Positions 19,016 to 31,166 are shown, numbered from the whole stretch's first letter. The stretch: 62,008 nucleotides of DNA, filler included, from Sandaracinaceae bacterium (GCA_947483975.1; 4 parts of 4 records of this genome joined end to end with filler, not necessarily neighbours in it), one strand, 5' to 3'. Program-made: numbers and translations. The notes: a model not told the origin generated them from the letters alone.

Positions 19016-19819
19016 ATGCGCAGGGTGATGGCGCTGTCGTTGACGGTCGCTCTCGTGACGTTTGTCGTAGCAACTGCTGCGGCTCAGGATGCGGGGACCA
19101 GCACGACGGCGGTGACGGCGGGGGGCTCGGGAGTCACGGCGGGTACGCCTCCGGGCGATGCGGCAGCTGTGGGCGACACGGCGGGGCCGGTCGACGCGGC
19201 GACGCCCGTGGACGCCGGCACCTATGCCGTGCGCCTGCGCGACCTGGAGCAGCGGATCAACGAGCTGAAGGAGCAGATCTTCCGCTCCAAGGCGCGGCTC
19301 TCGCTCCTCGCGGAGACCGTTCTCAGCGGCACGATCGCGGGCGCGCAAGCGACCCTCGTGCACGAGAATCGGATGTCCTCGTCGTACAAGCTCGTGAAGG
19401 CCGTGTACGCGCTCGATGGCGCGCCGATCTTCAACAAGGCGGACGAGAACGGCGAGCTCGGCGACCGTGAGACCTTCGACATCTACAACGGTGCGATCGT
19501 CCCCGGCGAGCACACGCTGACCGTCAACCTCGAGTACCGCGGCCACGGCTACGGCATCTTCTCGTACCTTCAGGGCTACCGCTTCAAGGTGCGCTCGAAC
19601 TACAACTTCACGGCCCCCGAAGGCCGCGGAGTCACCATCCGCGTGGTCGGCTACGAGAAGGGCGGCCCCACTGCCCCCCTCGAGGAGCGCCCCGCGATCC
19701 GCTACATCGAGCGCGTCGCGAACCGCGGCGAGGCCACGGCGGCAGAGGCGGCCGAAGGCGGCGCATCGGCCCCAACTCCCTCGGCAACTCCAGCGGCAGG
19801 CGGCGGGGGCACCCCGTGA
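19016..19819 (+). CDS. exported protein, coiled coil plus beta-sandwich; first gene of the Glt-like operon
   Basis: Signal peptide (…ATAAA/QDAG), heptads LRDLEQRINELKEQI, beta-rich C-domain, strong RBS, GTGA overlap with the next gene. Confidence 0.7.
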   Translation: MRRVMALSLTVALVTFVVATAAAQDAGTSTTAVTAGGSGVTAGTPPGDAAAVGDTAGPVDAATPVDAGTYAVRLRDLEQRINELKEQIFRSKARLSLLAETVLSGTIAGAQATLVHENRMSSSYKLVKAVYALDGAPIFNKADENGELGDRETFDIYNGAIVPGEHTLTVNLEYRGHGYGIFSYLQGYRFKVRSNYNFTAPEGRGVTIRVVGYEKGGPTAPLEERPAIRYIERVANRGEATAAEAAEGGASAPTPSATPAAGGGGTP

Positions 19820-22266
19820 TGCAGCAGCGGCAGCCCCATGGGCGGCTGCTCTCGGCTGGGCTCGCCACGCTCATCGCGACGACCGGCGCCGTCCTCGGCA
19901 CCGCTCTCCCCGTGAGTTCAGCGCGAGCGCAGGACCTCGCCGCGATTGGGCGGCAGGTCACCCAGCTCGAGGCAGACGCCCGAAACCTCTCGAACATGCC
20001 CGTTCGCCGCGCCAGCCTGCGTGGAGCGAACTACGTCGAAGAGCGCCTCACCGACGGCGAGCTGTTCTATCGGCTACACGACTACACGCGCTCGTCGATC
20101 ATCTTCACGGACATCGTCGACAGCCACCCGACGCACGCCGCGTTCCCGGACGCGCTGTTCTTGCTCGCTGACTCGCTCTATCGGGCCGGGGACGTCCTCG
20201 GCTCGCGCACGCGTTTCCGTCAGATCATCGACCGCGCCGACGAGACCCCGTTTCGCCCCTACGTGCAGCGCGCGCTCGGTCGGCTGATCGAGATCGCCAT
20301 TCAGACGCGCGACTTCGACGGCGTCGAGGGGCTCTTCCAGCGCCTGAGCCGCTTGCCGCCCTCCGAGATCGAGGCGGCGACCCAGTATTTCAGGGCGAAG
20401 TACCTCTACAACCGCGCGGTGCCCACCGACGAGTTGATGCGCGACTCCGTCGGCACGACCACCGTCCCGCAGGTCGATCAGGCGGCGCTCGACGAAGCGC
20501 GCCAGGCGTTCGAGTCCGTCCAGGAGCGCAGCCCGTACTACCTGCAGGCTCGCTACTTCGTGGGCGTGATCTTCACGCTGAAGGCCCAGTATCCGCAGGC
20601 GATCGACGCCTTCCGGCGCGTGCTGCGCGGCGCCGCGACGACTCCCGAGCAAGAGGAGATCGTCGTCCTGACGCAGATCGCGCTCGGCCGTCTCTACTAC
20701 GAGACGGACCAGCTCGACCAGGCGGTAGAGGCCTACCAGCGCGTGCCCCGGACCTCGCCGCACTTCGACGTCGCGCTCTACGAGATCGCCTGGGTTCACA
20801 TCCGGCAGGGCGACTCCACGCAGGCCGAACGCGCGCTCGAGGTGCTCACCGTCGCGGCGCCCGAGAGCCCCTTCATCCCGGACGGCAAGATCCTCCGCGG
20901 CAACCTGCTCCTGCGCAACGGTCGCTTCGAGGACGCGAACACCGTCTTCCGCGAGGTGTCGCAGCAGTTCGGCCCCGTCCGGCGCGAGCTCGACGCGATG
21001 ATCGCGTCGCACGACGACCCGCGCGCGTATTTCCGCGACCTCGTGCGCAACAACATGGAGAACTTCGACGCGACCGCCTTCCTGCCGCCGCTCGCGACGC
21101 GCTGGGCGCGGACCGAGGGCGATATGGATCGCGCGCTCGCCGTCCTCTCCGACCTGAGCGAGTGCCGCTCGCTCGTGCGGGACACGACGAACCTCATCGA
21201 CCGGCTCAACGCAGTGCTCGGCTCACCGAACCGCATCAGCGCCTTCGCGGACCTCCGCGAGCAGCGTCAGATGACCATCTCGCAGCGGAACCGCCTCGCG
21301 CGCGCACGCCGCCAGTTGATGGCGATCGAGTCGTCGGGCGCGGCGACCGGCGAGCTTGCGCAGGTCCGCTCGGAGCGCCGCCGCGTCGAGGAGCTCCTCG
21401 GGACCCTTCCGACCTCCGACGAGGACTTCTCCGCCCGCAGCGACCGTCTGCTCAACCGCTACCGCGACCTCGATCGCGACGCGCGTAACCTCGAGGTCGA
21501 GCTGATGGGCATGGAGGCGCGCATCACCGCCACCAACCGCTACATGGCGGACACCGCCTCCACCCGCACGGATCCCGCCGGGGCCGAGGCGTTGGCGAAC
21601 GAGCTTCGCGTGCAGGAAGAGGCCGTCGTCGCGTATCGCGCGCAGATCGCCGACCTCCACTTGATGATCGAGCGCGCGCGCCTTCAGGTCGGCGTCGGGG
21701 ACGAGCGCTACGTGCGCGACGACCGCACGCGCGAAGAGTACAGCCGCCTCGTCGAGCGCGAGCGGACCCTCATTCGGCAGTCGGGCGCGGGCGCACAGCT
21801 CGCGGCGGCTGACGCGATCTTCGCCAAGATTCAGGCGATCGAGGGGCTCCTCGACGCGAAGGATCACCTCGTCGACGAGGTCGTCGGCGAGCGCACGGCC
21901 GAAATCCAGCGAGTCATCGACGAAGAGACGCTCAAAGTGGGCGGCTACCGCACCCAGCTTGCGGCGCTCGAGGGCGAAACCGTCGACGTCGTGGGCGAGA
22001 TCACCTATGCGAACTTCAGCCAAGTGCGGCAGCGCTTCTACGACCTCGTGCTTCGTGCGGATGTCGGTCGCATCGACATCGCGTGGGCTGAGCGTGAGGA
22101 GCACCGTATGCGCATCGAGATGTTGACGCGGGAGCGCACGCGAGAGCTGCAGGCGCTCGACGACGAGTTCCGCGAGATCATGGACGATGGCTCAGGGACC
22201 GACGCGCCGGCCGGGAACGCTCCCGCCGGAAGCGCGCCGGCCGCGGCGCAGGGAGGCGGCGAGTGA
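19816..22266 (+). CDS. periplasmic TPR protein, GltC/NfsC-like
   Basis: Signal peptide; multiple TPRs (ALFLLADSLY, ARYFVGVIF, IALGRLYY, YQRVPRTSPHFDVALYEIAW); C-terminal coiled coils. Confidence 0.7.
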   Translation: MMQQRQPHGRLLSAGLATLIATTGAVLGTALPVSSARAQDLAAIGRQVTQLEADARNLSNMPVRRASLRGANYVEERLTDGELFYRLHDYTRSSIIFTDIVDSHPTHAAFPDALFLLADSLYRAGDVLGSRTRFRQIIDRADETPFRPYVQRALGRLIEIAIQTRDFDGVEGLFQRLSRLPPSEIEAATQYFRAKYLYNRAVPTDELMRDSVGTTTVPQVDQAALDEARQAFESVQERSPYYLQARYFVGVIFTLKAQYPQAIDAFRRVLRGAATTPEQEEIVVLTQIALGRLYYETDQLDQAVEAYQRVPRTSPHFDVALYEIAWVHIRQGDSTQAERALEVLTVAAPESPFIPDGKILRGNLLLRNGRFEDANTVFREVSQQFGPVRRELDAMIASHDDPRAYFRDLVRNNMENFDATAFLPPLATRWARTEGDMDRALAVLSDLSECRSLVRDTTNLIDRLNAVLGSPNRISAFADLREQRQMTISQRNRLARARRQLMAIESSGAATGELAQVRSERRRVEELLGTLPTSDEDFSARSDRLLNRYRDLDRDARNLEVELMGMEARITATNRYMADTASTRTDPAGAEALANELRVQEEAVVAYRAQIADLHLMIERARLQVGVGDERYVRDDRTREEYSRLVERERTLIRQSGAGAQLAAADAIFAKIQAIEGLLDAKDHLVDEVVGERTAEIQRVIDEETLKVGGYRTQLAALEGETVDVVGEITYANFSQVRQRFYDLVLRADVGRIDIAWAEREEHRMRIEMLTRERTRELQALDDEFREIMDDGSGTDAPAGNAPAGSAPAAAQGGGE

Positions 22267-25200
22267 CCGGCTCCAGGCACAGAGTCCTCGTACGCGCAGC
22301 CACGCTCCTCGCGTTGTTGGGTGTCCCCGGGATGGTCTCCGCACAGGATGCGGGGGCGACGGTTGCCCCGGCGGGCGACGGCGGCGACACGATCCTCGCG
22401 ACGCCCGCGGACGCCTCGGTCGAGGCTGCCTCGTCGGCAGACGCAGGCGCAGCCGTGCCCTGGGCAGGCGCGTCCGATGTGTCGGGGGGTGCGGCGTTGC
22501 CGGACTTCCTCAACACCACGGACCGGCGCATCCAGGATGACCGGCCTGGCCCGAGCGAGGCGCAGATCGTCGCGCTCCGTGAGATGGAGGCCGAGGTCGG
22601 GCGCTTCGACTTGGCGGGGACGGCGTATCGCGATGCGGTCACCTCCATCGTCCGGCGCGAGTACCTCCGGCAGCGTCGCGCGCGGGACGAGGGCTACGGC
22701 CGTCAGATCCGCGAAGAAGAGCGCCTGCAGAACGAGGCGCGCGACCGCGCGATCCGCCTCTTCGAGCGCTTCGTCGAGAGCTACCCGAACGACCCGACCT
22801 ACACGCCGGACGCCATGTTCCGGCTGGGCGAGCTGTACTACGAGCGCAGCGCGATTCAGTTCCAGGCGGATGTGGATGCCGCCAACGCGCAGCGCGACGC
22901 CGCAGTGGCAGCCGGCGGGACGGGCGAAGACATCGCTGACCCGGTCAAGAACTTCAACCCGACGATCGACCTCTATCGTCGGCTCGCCGCGGCGTTCCCG
23001 AACTACCGGCGCATCGACGGCGTGTACTACCTCGTCGGCTACTGCCTGAACGAGATGAATCAGATCGAGGAGGCGCGGCGCGCCTTCCTCGCGCTCGCGT
23101 GCGCGAATCACTTCACCTACGATCCGACGCCCCCGGTGGCGGTGATCCCGGAGGTCGAGGTCGACGGTGGCCCGGCGCTGCATCCGGCCCAGACGCTCGA
23201 CCCGGTCCCCGCGGAGCCGGTCGTCGACGGCCCCTACACGGATCCGTACGCCGGCTGCACCCCGATCTCGGCGCAGACCGACTTTCTCGGCGAAGTGTGG
23301 CTCCGCATCGGTGAGTACCACTTCGACAACGACTTCACCGCGCACGGGCTCGACCGCGCCATCAGCGCCTACGCGTACGTTCTGCGACTCCCCGAGGACC
23401 GCAACTACAACCTCGCCCTCTACAAGACGGCCTGGTCGTACTATCGCGCGAGCCGCTATCCGGAGGCGCTGAAGTACTTCGCGGACCTCGTGCAGTGGTC
23501 GGATGACGAGCAGGCCCGCACGGGCCGCGCAGGTACGGAGCTTCGCCCTGAGGCCATCCAGTACCTCGCCATCACCTTCGCCTACGACGACTGGAACGAG
23601 AACCAGGCGCCTGATCCGACCGAGGGGCAGCCCACGGGCTTCCTTCGCGTCCAGGATCCGCAGCTTCTCCCGCAGGACCGCCCCTGGACGGAAGAGGTCT
23701 ACTTCCAGCTGGGCCAGGTCTACTTCGATGAGGCCAAGTACGCTCAGGCCATCGAGGTCTGGAAGTTCCTGCTCGGCAAGTGGCCGCGCAGCGCGCGCAT
23801 TCCCGAGGTGACCAACCTCATCGCCCGCGCCTACGCCCGCAACAACGATCAAGAGCACGAGCGCGACACGCTTCGACAGCTCGTCAACTTCGGCGTCGGT
23901 ACGGACTGGTACAACTCGAACACCGAGCACCCCGCTGAGCAGCGTCAGGCGGAGCAGCTCGCGGAGTTCGCGGTCATCCGCGCGGCGCTTCAGGACCACG
24001 CTGACGCGCAGAACCTCCGCTCGCGCTGCGTCGCGAACCGAGAGCCCGCGCTCTGCATCGCAGCGCAGGAGAAGTACCGTCTCGCGGCGGCCGGCTATCG
24101 CGCGTACATCCAGCGCTACCCCAACAATCCGCAGGCCTACGAGCTCAACTACAACCTCGCCGACACGCTCTACTGGTCGGAAGACTACGAGGGCGCGGCG
24201 CGCGAGTACGCGGCCGTCCGAGACTCGAACCTCGACGATGCCCACCTTTCGGAGTCTGCGCGCCGCGTCGTGGAGTCGCTGAAGCGCCTCCTCGATGGCG
24301 CAGAGGCGAACCATCAGATCGAGATCCGCACGACGCCGCCCGATCCGGCGGGGACGCCGCCCACGGTGACGCCGACCCCGATGCCGGAGCTCGTGCAGCG
24401 CCTCGCGCAGGCGCGTGAGATCTACCTCGCGCGCGTCGATGCCGCGGCGGACCGCGAGCAGGTCCGCGAGTCCTACGACTACAACAACACGCTGCTGCTC
24501 TACGCGTATGGCTATTGGCCTCAGGCGAAGGAGCGCTTCACGCGCATCTTCGAGGAGCGCTGCTCCGGGCCCAACGCGAACGAGAGCGGCCGCGTCGCGT
24601 GGATCAACCTGCGCAACATCGCCGTCGCGCTGCAGCAACCGGAAGAAGCGGAGCGGCTCTCTGCGCTCCTCCTCGAGCGGCGTTGCACGTTCGCGTCGGA
24701 CGGCACGGCGCCCGCGGCCCACCCGAACCTCGACTGCGCTCGCCCCGAGAACGTGGACGATCCGGTCTGCATCGCGACCTCCACCCTGCAAGCCGGCCAG
24801 TATCGCATCGCGGTGGCGACGTTCGGGCAGGCGCAGTCGGCGACGGGTACCGACCAGACGCGGCTCTACGAGCGGGCGGCCTCGCTCTTCGTGCGCGCCG
24901 TGAACAACGCGCCGAACGACGCGCAGGCGCCGATCGCTCTCGAGCAGGCGGCCTTGGCGCTGCAGAGGACCAACCGCTTCGAGAGCGCGGGACGCATCTA
25001 CCAGCGCATCATCGATGAGGTCGCGCCGAAGCGCGGTGAGACTCCCGAGGCGCAGGGACGCCTCGATCGCATCGTGTCGAACGCGTACTTCCAGCTGGCC
25101 TACAGCGCGAGTCATAACTTCGACTACGACCGCGCCATCACGAACTATCGAGTTCTCGCCGACTCGCCGCGCTTCGCGACGAACACCGAGGCGAGCATGG

Positions 25201-26234
25201 TCGAGCGCCGTGAGAACGCGCTGATCAACGTCGCGAACATCCTCGAGTTCCAGCAGCAGTACACGCAGGCGGCGACGTACTGGGCCCGCGTGGCGGCTAC
25301 CTCGCACGACGCTTCCACGCAGCTCAACGCTGCGTATCGCGTCGCCGAGATGAGCTACAAGCAGCGTAACTGGGGGAACACCGTCCGCGACATGGGCGCG
25401 TTCATGGACCGCTATCGCACGACGCCAGCGGCGGGCGAGCTCAGCGTCCAGGCGTCGTGGCGCATCGTCGAGGCACGCCGCGCTCAGAACAACGAGCGCG
25501 CGGTCCGGGCCGCCCTTCAGGTCGTCGTGGACACCTTCGCTCGGTCGGGTCAGCCCGCGGGCTCGCTCGCCGCGGAGTACGCCGCGCAAGCGAAGTTCGA
25601 GCTGGTCGATGCGGGCATGGCCGCGTTCGAGAGCTTTGCGATCGTACCCGGGCGTCCTGCGACGCTCGCCGCATACGTCACGAAGATCTCGGAGCAGATC
25701 ACCGCGGGCGCCATCCAGTCCAAGCAGCTTGCGGCGAGCTACGAGCCGGTCCCGGCGTATCGTCGCCCCTCCTGGACGATCGCGGCGTTCATTCGCCAGG
25801 GACGCATCTACGAGGTGCTCGCGCGCGCCGTGCTCGACACCCCGTTCGTCATCCCGGACGACATGCAGCGCCAGATGCGCAACCTGCCGCCCGACGGCCG
25901 AGACACCGTTCGCGCCACGGTCGAAGACCGCGTCCATCAGGTGCTCGACGAGCGCACGCGCCCGATCGAGTGCCTGGCGGTGCAGCGATACGCGCTCGCG
26001 GCGCGTGCCGCGCGCGCAGCCAACATCGACAACGAGTACACGCGCCTCGCCATCGACCGCCTCAACGCTTACGGCGAAGAGCGCATCGTCGAGTGCGTGA
26101 CGCAGGCCAACGCGGCTGACGCGACGGCGTACACGCCCGCTGTCCCGGGCGAGTTCGCTCGCGCGCCACGCGGACAGAACATGGACATTCGGCCCGACAT
26201 CGCGCCGCCCTCGCTTGCTCCGGAGGACCAGTGA
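22263..26234 (+). CDS. large periplasmic TPR protein, GltD(AgmU)/NfsD-like
   Basis: Signal peptide; PDAMFRLGELYYE, FPNYRRIDGVYYLVGY, EVWLRIGEYHF, ALYKTAWSYY, ELRPEAIQY; 1323 aa; coupled on both sides. Confidence 0.75.
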   Translation: MTGSRHRVLVRAATLLALLGVPGMVSAQDAGATVAPAGDGGDTILATPADASVEAASSADAGAAVPWAGASDVSGGAALPDFLNTTDRRIQDDRPGPSEAQIVALREMEAEVGRFDLAGTAYRDAVTSIVRREYLRQRRARDEGYGRQIREEERLQNEARDRAIRLFERFVESYPNDPTYTPDAMFRLGELYYERSAIQFQADVDAANAQRDAAVAAGGTGEDIADPVKNFNPTIDLYRRLAAAFPNYRRIDGVYYLVGYCLNEMNQIEEARRAFLALACANHFTYDPTPPVAVIPEVEVDGGPALHPAQTLDPVPAEPVVDGPYTDPYAGCTPISAQTDFLGEVWLRIGEYHFDNDFTAHGLDRAISAYAYVLRLPEDRNYNLALYKTAWSYYRASRYPEALKYFADLVQWSDDEQARTGRAGTELRPEAIQYLAITFAYDDWNENQAPDPTEGQPTGFLRVQDPQLLPQDRPWTEEVYFQLGQVYFDEAKYAQAIEVWKFLLGKWPRSARIPEVTNLIARAYARNNDQEHERDTLRQLVNFGVGTDWYNSNTEHPAEQRQAEQLAEFAVIRAALQDHADAQNLRSRCVANREPALCIAAQEKYRLAAAGYRAYIQRYPNNPQAYELNYNLADTLYWSEDYEGAAREYAAVRDSNLDDAHLSESARRVVESLKRLLDGAEANHQIEIRTTPPDPAGTPPTVTPTPMPELVQRLAQAREIYLARVDAAADREQVRESYDYNNTLLLYAYGYWPQAKERFTRIFEERCSGPNANESGRVAWINLRNIAVALQQPEEAERLSALLLERRCTFASDGTAPAAHPNLDCARPENVDDPVCIATSTLQAGQYRIAVATFGQAQSATGTDQTRLYERAASLFVRAVNNAPNDAQAPIALEQAALALQRTNRFESAGRIYQRIIDEVAPKRGETPEAQGRLDRIVSNAYFQLAYSASHNFDYDRAITNYRVLADSPRFATNTEASMVERRENALINVANILEFQQQYTQAATYWARVAATSHDASTQLNAAYRVAEMSYKQRNWGNTVRDMGAFMDRYRTTPAAGELSVQASWRIVEARRAQNNERAVRAALQVVVDTFARSGQPAGSLAAEYAAQAKFELVDAGMAAFESFAIVPGRPATLAAYVTKISEQITAGAIQSKQLAASYEPVPAYRRPSWTIAAFIRQGRIYEVLARAVLDTPFVIPDDMQRQMRNLPPDGRDTVRATVEDRVHQVLDERTRPIECLAVQRYALAARAARAANIDNEYTRLAIDRLNAYGEERIVECVTQANAADATAYTPAVPGEFARAPRGQNMDIRPDIAPPSLAPEDQ

Positions 26235-27802
26235 ACCAGCCAAGCGAAAGCGGGACCTCGATCATGCGCTCGCGCTTGTTTGGACTGTGCTGCTGCGTGC
26301 TCGCTCTAGTCGGCGTGCCGATGCTGGGCGGCGCGAGCCTCTCAGCCTGCGGTGGGGATACCCCCACGGCTGACGGCACGACGGGTGGCGGCGGCGATCA
26401 CACCGCGGGCGGTGAAGGACAAGGCGGTGGAGGTGGCGGCGGTGGTGGCGCTGGCCCGACCGGGCCCGTCGCACCTCCTCCGGGCGACCTCGAGGATGGG
26501 CTCGACACGCCGGACGCCGGCACGGCAGCGCCCCCGCAGGCCGCTCCGGACGCGGGCGGGGCTGCGGCCGAGACCGACACCGGCTGGGGTTCCGCGGAGA
26601 CGGACACCGGCACGCCGCTTCCCCCGCGTCGGCCGATGAATTCCTCCGCGCGTAGCTCCTATCGCGACGGGCTCGCCGCTTCGCGGGCGGGGAACGACGC
26701 GGCCGCGCGACAGGCGTTCGAGGCGACGCTGTCGGCGGATCCGTCGGCGTTCAAGGCTGCGTATGCGCTCGGCGTCATCTCCGACCGCGCGGGCAACGAG
26801 ACGCGCGCCCTCGAGTACTACCGGCAGTCGCTCCGCTTGCAGGCCGACTACGAGCGCGCCGCCGAGGGCGTGATCGCGGTCTACATTCGCCGCGCCGCCG
26901 TCCCGGACGCGCTCGCGTTCATCGAACCGCTCGCGCGGCAATGGGTGCGCAACCTCGCGCTGCAGGCGCTCTATGCGGAGGTGCTCGTCGCGGCCGATCG
27001 CCCCGACGACGCCATCACCGCTGCGCGCGCCGCGCTTCGACGGGACGAGCGGTTCGTCCCCGCGATGATCGCGCTCGTCAAGGCCAGCCTCAAGCGCCAG
27101 CCGCCGCGCACCGAGCTTGCGGAGAGCGTGCTCGATCAGGCGCTCGCCATCGACGAGAACAACGCGGAGGCCCACTTCATCAAGGGGCGCATGCAGCAGA
27201 CGGCCAACCGCCTCGGCGAGGCGCTCGCGGAGTACCGCAAGGCAGTCGACCTGCGTCCGGACTACGTCGAGGCGCGGGTCGCGCTCGGCTTGCAGTTCAT
27301 CGCATCCGGCAACTACGACGAGGCGCAGCAGTCGTTCGAGACCGCGGCGCGCTTGCTTCCGGGCAGCGTCGAGATCGCGCTGAACCTCGCGGACGCCTAC
27401 CGCTCCAGCAAGCAGTGGACGAAGGCGAAGGCGACGTTCGACCGGGCGCTTCAGATGCGCGAGCGGCTGCCGCAGGCGCACTTCAACCTCGGCCTGATGT
27501 ACATGGCCGCGGGCGATCAGTTCCCCGGGCTCGACAAGATGACCTCCCTCCAGCGGGCGACGCAGGAGATCAACCTCTACCGGGATCAGATGGGCCCGGC
27601 GCTGCCGCGCACCGACACCTCGACCGACCTCCTCGCGGACATCGCGAAGCAGATCGAGCGCGAGCAGAAGCGCCTCGACCGCGAGAAGGTGCGTCTCGAG
27701 CGCGAGGCGGCCAAGAAGGTTCGCGACGCTGCGCGCGCCGCGGCAGCCCCCCCCGCTGAGGAGGGTGCAGATGCCGGGGCCGCTGCACCTGCTACACCAT
27801 GA
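26231..27802 (+). CDS. TPR lipoprotein, GltE(AglT)/NfsE-like
   Basis: Lipobox LSAC (alternative start 26264), Gly/Pro linker, TPR run (AYALGV, AHFIKG, ARVALG, ALNLADAYR, AHFNLGLMY), C-terminal coiled coil. Confidence 0.72.
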   Translation: MNQPSESGTSIMRSRLFGLCCCVLALVGVPMLGGASLSACGGDTPTADGTTGGGGDHTAGGEGQGGGGGGGGGAGPTGPVAPPPGDLEDGLDTPDAGTAAPPQAAPDAGGAAAETDTGWGSAETDTGTPLPPRRPMNSSARSSYRDGLAASRAGNDAAARQAFEATLSADPSAFKAAYALGVISDRAGNETRALEYYRQSLRLQADYERAAEGVIAVYIRRAAVPDALAFIEPLARQWVRNLALQALYAEVLVAADRPDDAITAARAALRRDERFVPAMIALVKASLKRQPPRTELAESVLDQALAIDENNAEAHFIKGRMQQTANRLGEALAEYRKAVDLRPDYVEARVALGLQFIASGNYDEAQQSFETAARLLPGSVEIALNLADAYRSSKQWTKAKATFDRALQMRERLPQAHFNLGLMYMAAGDQFPGLDKMTSLQRATQEINLYRDQMGPALPRTDTSTDLLADIAKQIEREQKRLDREKVRLEREAAKKVRDAARAAAAPPAEEGADAGAAAPATP

Positions 27803-27834
27803 TGTCGCCGACTGCCGCTCGAGGGAGACCCGCC

Positions 27835-28104
27835 ATGAAGAAGCTCCTGACCAGCCTCGCGCTCTTCGCCGTCCCGGCGGTCCTGGCGCTCTGCGCGTTC
27901 ACCACGTCCGCCGAGGCGCAAGCCCGCCCGGCGCGACGCGGACCGCGCGTCATCCAGCTCGAAGAGATTCGCATCGAGGGGCGCGTGCAGAAGCCGAACG
28001 CGTTCTACATCCTGAACCGTTCGAACCTCGGCTACGAAGTCCTCGACCTGCGCACGAGCTTCATCCGCGAGGTCATTCGCACCGTTCAGCGCGACCCGTT
28101 CTGA
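27835..28104 (+). CDS. small exported protein, GltF/NfsF-like
   Basis: RBS GAGGGAG at 27821-27827, signal peptide, motif EEIRIEGRVQKPNAFYIL.R...SF...V......PF, and position after the GltE-like gene. Confidence 0.65.
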   Translation: MKKLLTSLALFAVPAVLALCAFTTSAEAQARPARRGPRVIQLEEIRIEGRVQKPNAFYILNRSNLGYEVLDLRTSFIREVIRTVQRDPF

Positions 28105-28171
28105 GCGTGCTCCGGGCTCGGGGAGAGTCGCTCTGAGCGCGCTGAGCATCGTTCAGATCGCCTTCGCCGTC

Positions 28172-28750
28172 GTGGCGCTGGGCGTGGTTGGGGTGCGGTT
28201 GCGGGTGGTGCTGTTCACGGCGCCCCTCGACGCGCGGACCTTCGCGCGGGCGCTCGACCGCGCGCTGGATGCGGGCGACCTCGCTCAGGCGCGTGCCCTC
28301 GCTCGCGCGGCTGACGCTGCTTGGCTCGCGCGGATCGCGCGGGCGGCGTTGGACGTCTGGGGCGAGCAGCGCGCGGTCGTCGCCGCGCTCGACGAGGCGC
28401 TCGCCGACCTGCGCGGGGAGGCCGACTCCGGACTGCTGCCGCTGCGGATGGTGGCGAGCCTCGCCTCTACGCTCGGGATGCTCGCGGCGATCCTCGCGCT
28501 CAACGGCGTCGGGGTTCCGCACGGCGGACTCGTCGCGCTCCAAGCGGGGCTCGCGCAGAGGCTCGCGGTCGCGCAGGCGGTCGCGTCGGTCGCCGTCGGT
28601 GGGTCCACCGCGATACTCGTGCTCCTCGCGCGCGGCGTCGTCAGGCGACACACGAAGCGCCTCTACGACGAGGCGGTTCGGCTGATCGCCAGCCTGACGA
28701 CGCACGCGGGCGACCCTGACGAGGGCAGCGGTCGGCCTCCTCGGGGATGA
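28172..28750 (+). CDS. divergent MotA/TolQ/ExbB-like membrane protein
   Basis: Three hydrophobic segments with ExbB-like spacing: VALGVVGVRL, then a cytoplasmic helical region (LDAGDLAQARAL...LDEAL), LRMVASLASTLGMLAAIL and AVASVAVG.STAIL. The true start may be upstream (CTG 28133 after GGAGAG). Confidence 0.55.
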   Translation: MALGVVGVRLRVVLFTAPLDARTFARALDRALDAGDLAQARALARAADAAWLARIARAALDVWGEQRAVVAALDEALADLRGEADSGLLPLRMVASLASTLGMLAAILALNGVGVPHGGLVALQAGLAQRLAVAQAVASVAVGGSTAILVLLARGVVRRHTKRLYDEAVRLIASLTTHAGDPDEGSGRPPRG

Positions 28751-28788
28751 CGGCGAACCCCTGAAGATCAGGGGGACGGCCGCGTTCT

Positions 28789-30531
<1,743 letters not shown>

Positions 30532-30561
30532 GGTCGTTCGTTCCTCGCGAGAGGGCGGTCG

Positions 30562-31066
30562 ATGAGGGGGCATGTGACGACCATCGAGACGCGGAGATAC
30601 CTGGCGGTCGGCGCGCTCCTGCTCGCCGTCTTCGGCGCGACGGCGACCGCTCGGGCGGACGTCCGCACGGAGGCGCGGCAGCACTTCCGCGCGGGTATGC
30701 GCGCGGTCGCGGCGGGCGAGGTCGAGCGCGGCATCGCGGAGCTGCAGCAAGCCTACGAGCTGCTGCCGCACCCGAACGTCCTCTACAACATCGCGCAGGC
30801 CTACCAAACCGCGGGCACGCTCGACAAGTCGATCGAGTACTTCGAGCGCTACCTCGAGAGCGACCCGCCGGACCGCGCCGAGGTCGAGGGCTTCCTCGTC
30901 GCGCTGCGCGCGCGCGTCGCTGAGCGACAGGCGGCGGCGCACCCGACCCAGCCCGCGACGAACCCGGAGTCCGCGCCCGCGGAGGGCGGCGCGGCGGTCG
31001 CGACAGAGGCGGAAATTCAGGCGATCGAGGCGTCCGCGACGCAGCTGAACGCGCTCGCAGACGCGA
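30562..31066 (+). CDS. exported TPR protein (possibly the N-terminus of a TonB-dependent receptor or PEGA protein), 3' partial
   Basis: Signal peptide …ATARA/D; EARQHF..GM...AY.L.PHPNVLYNIA.AY...Y. Confidence 0.6.
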
Positions 31067-31166
31067 NNNNNNNNNNNNNNNNNNNNNNNNNNNNNNNNNN
31101 NNNNNNNNNNTTAATTAATTAANNNNNNNNNNNNNNNNNNNNNNNNNNNNNNNNNNNNNNNNNNNN
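31067..31166. other. artificial contig linker
   Basis: N44-TTAATTAATTAA-N44. Confidence 0.98.
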
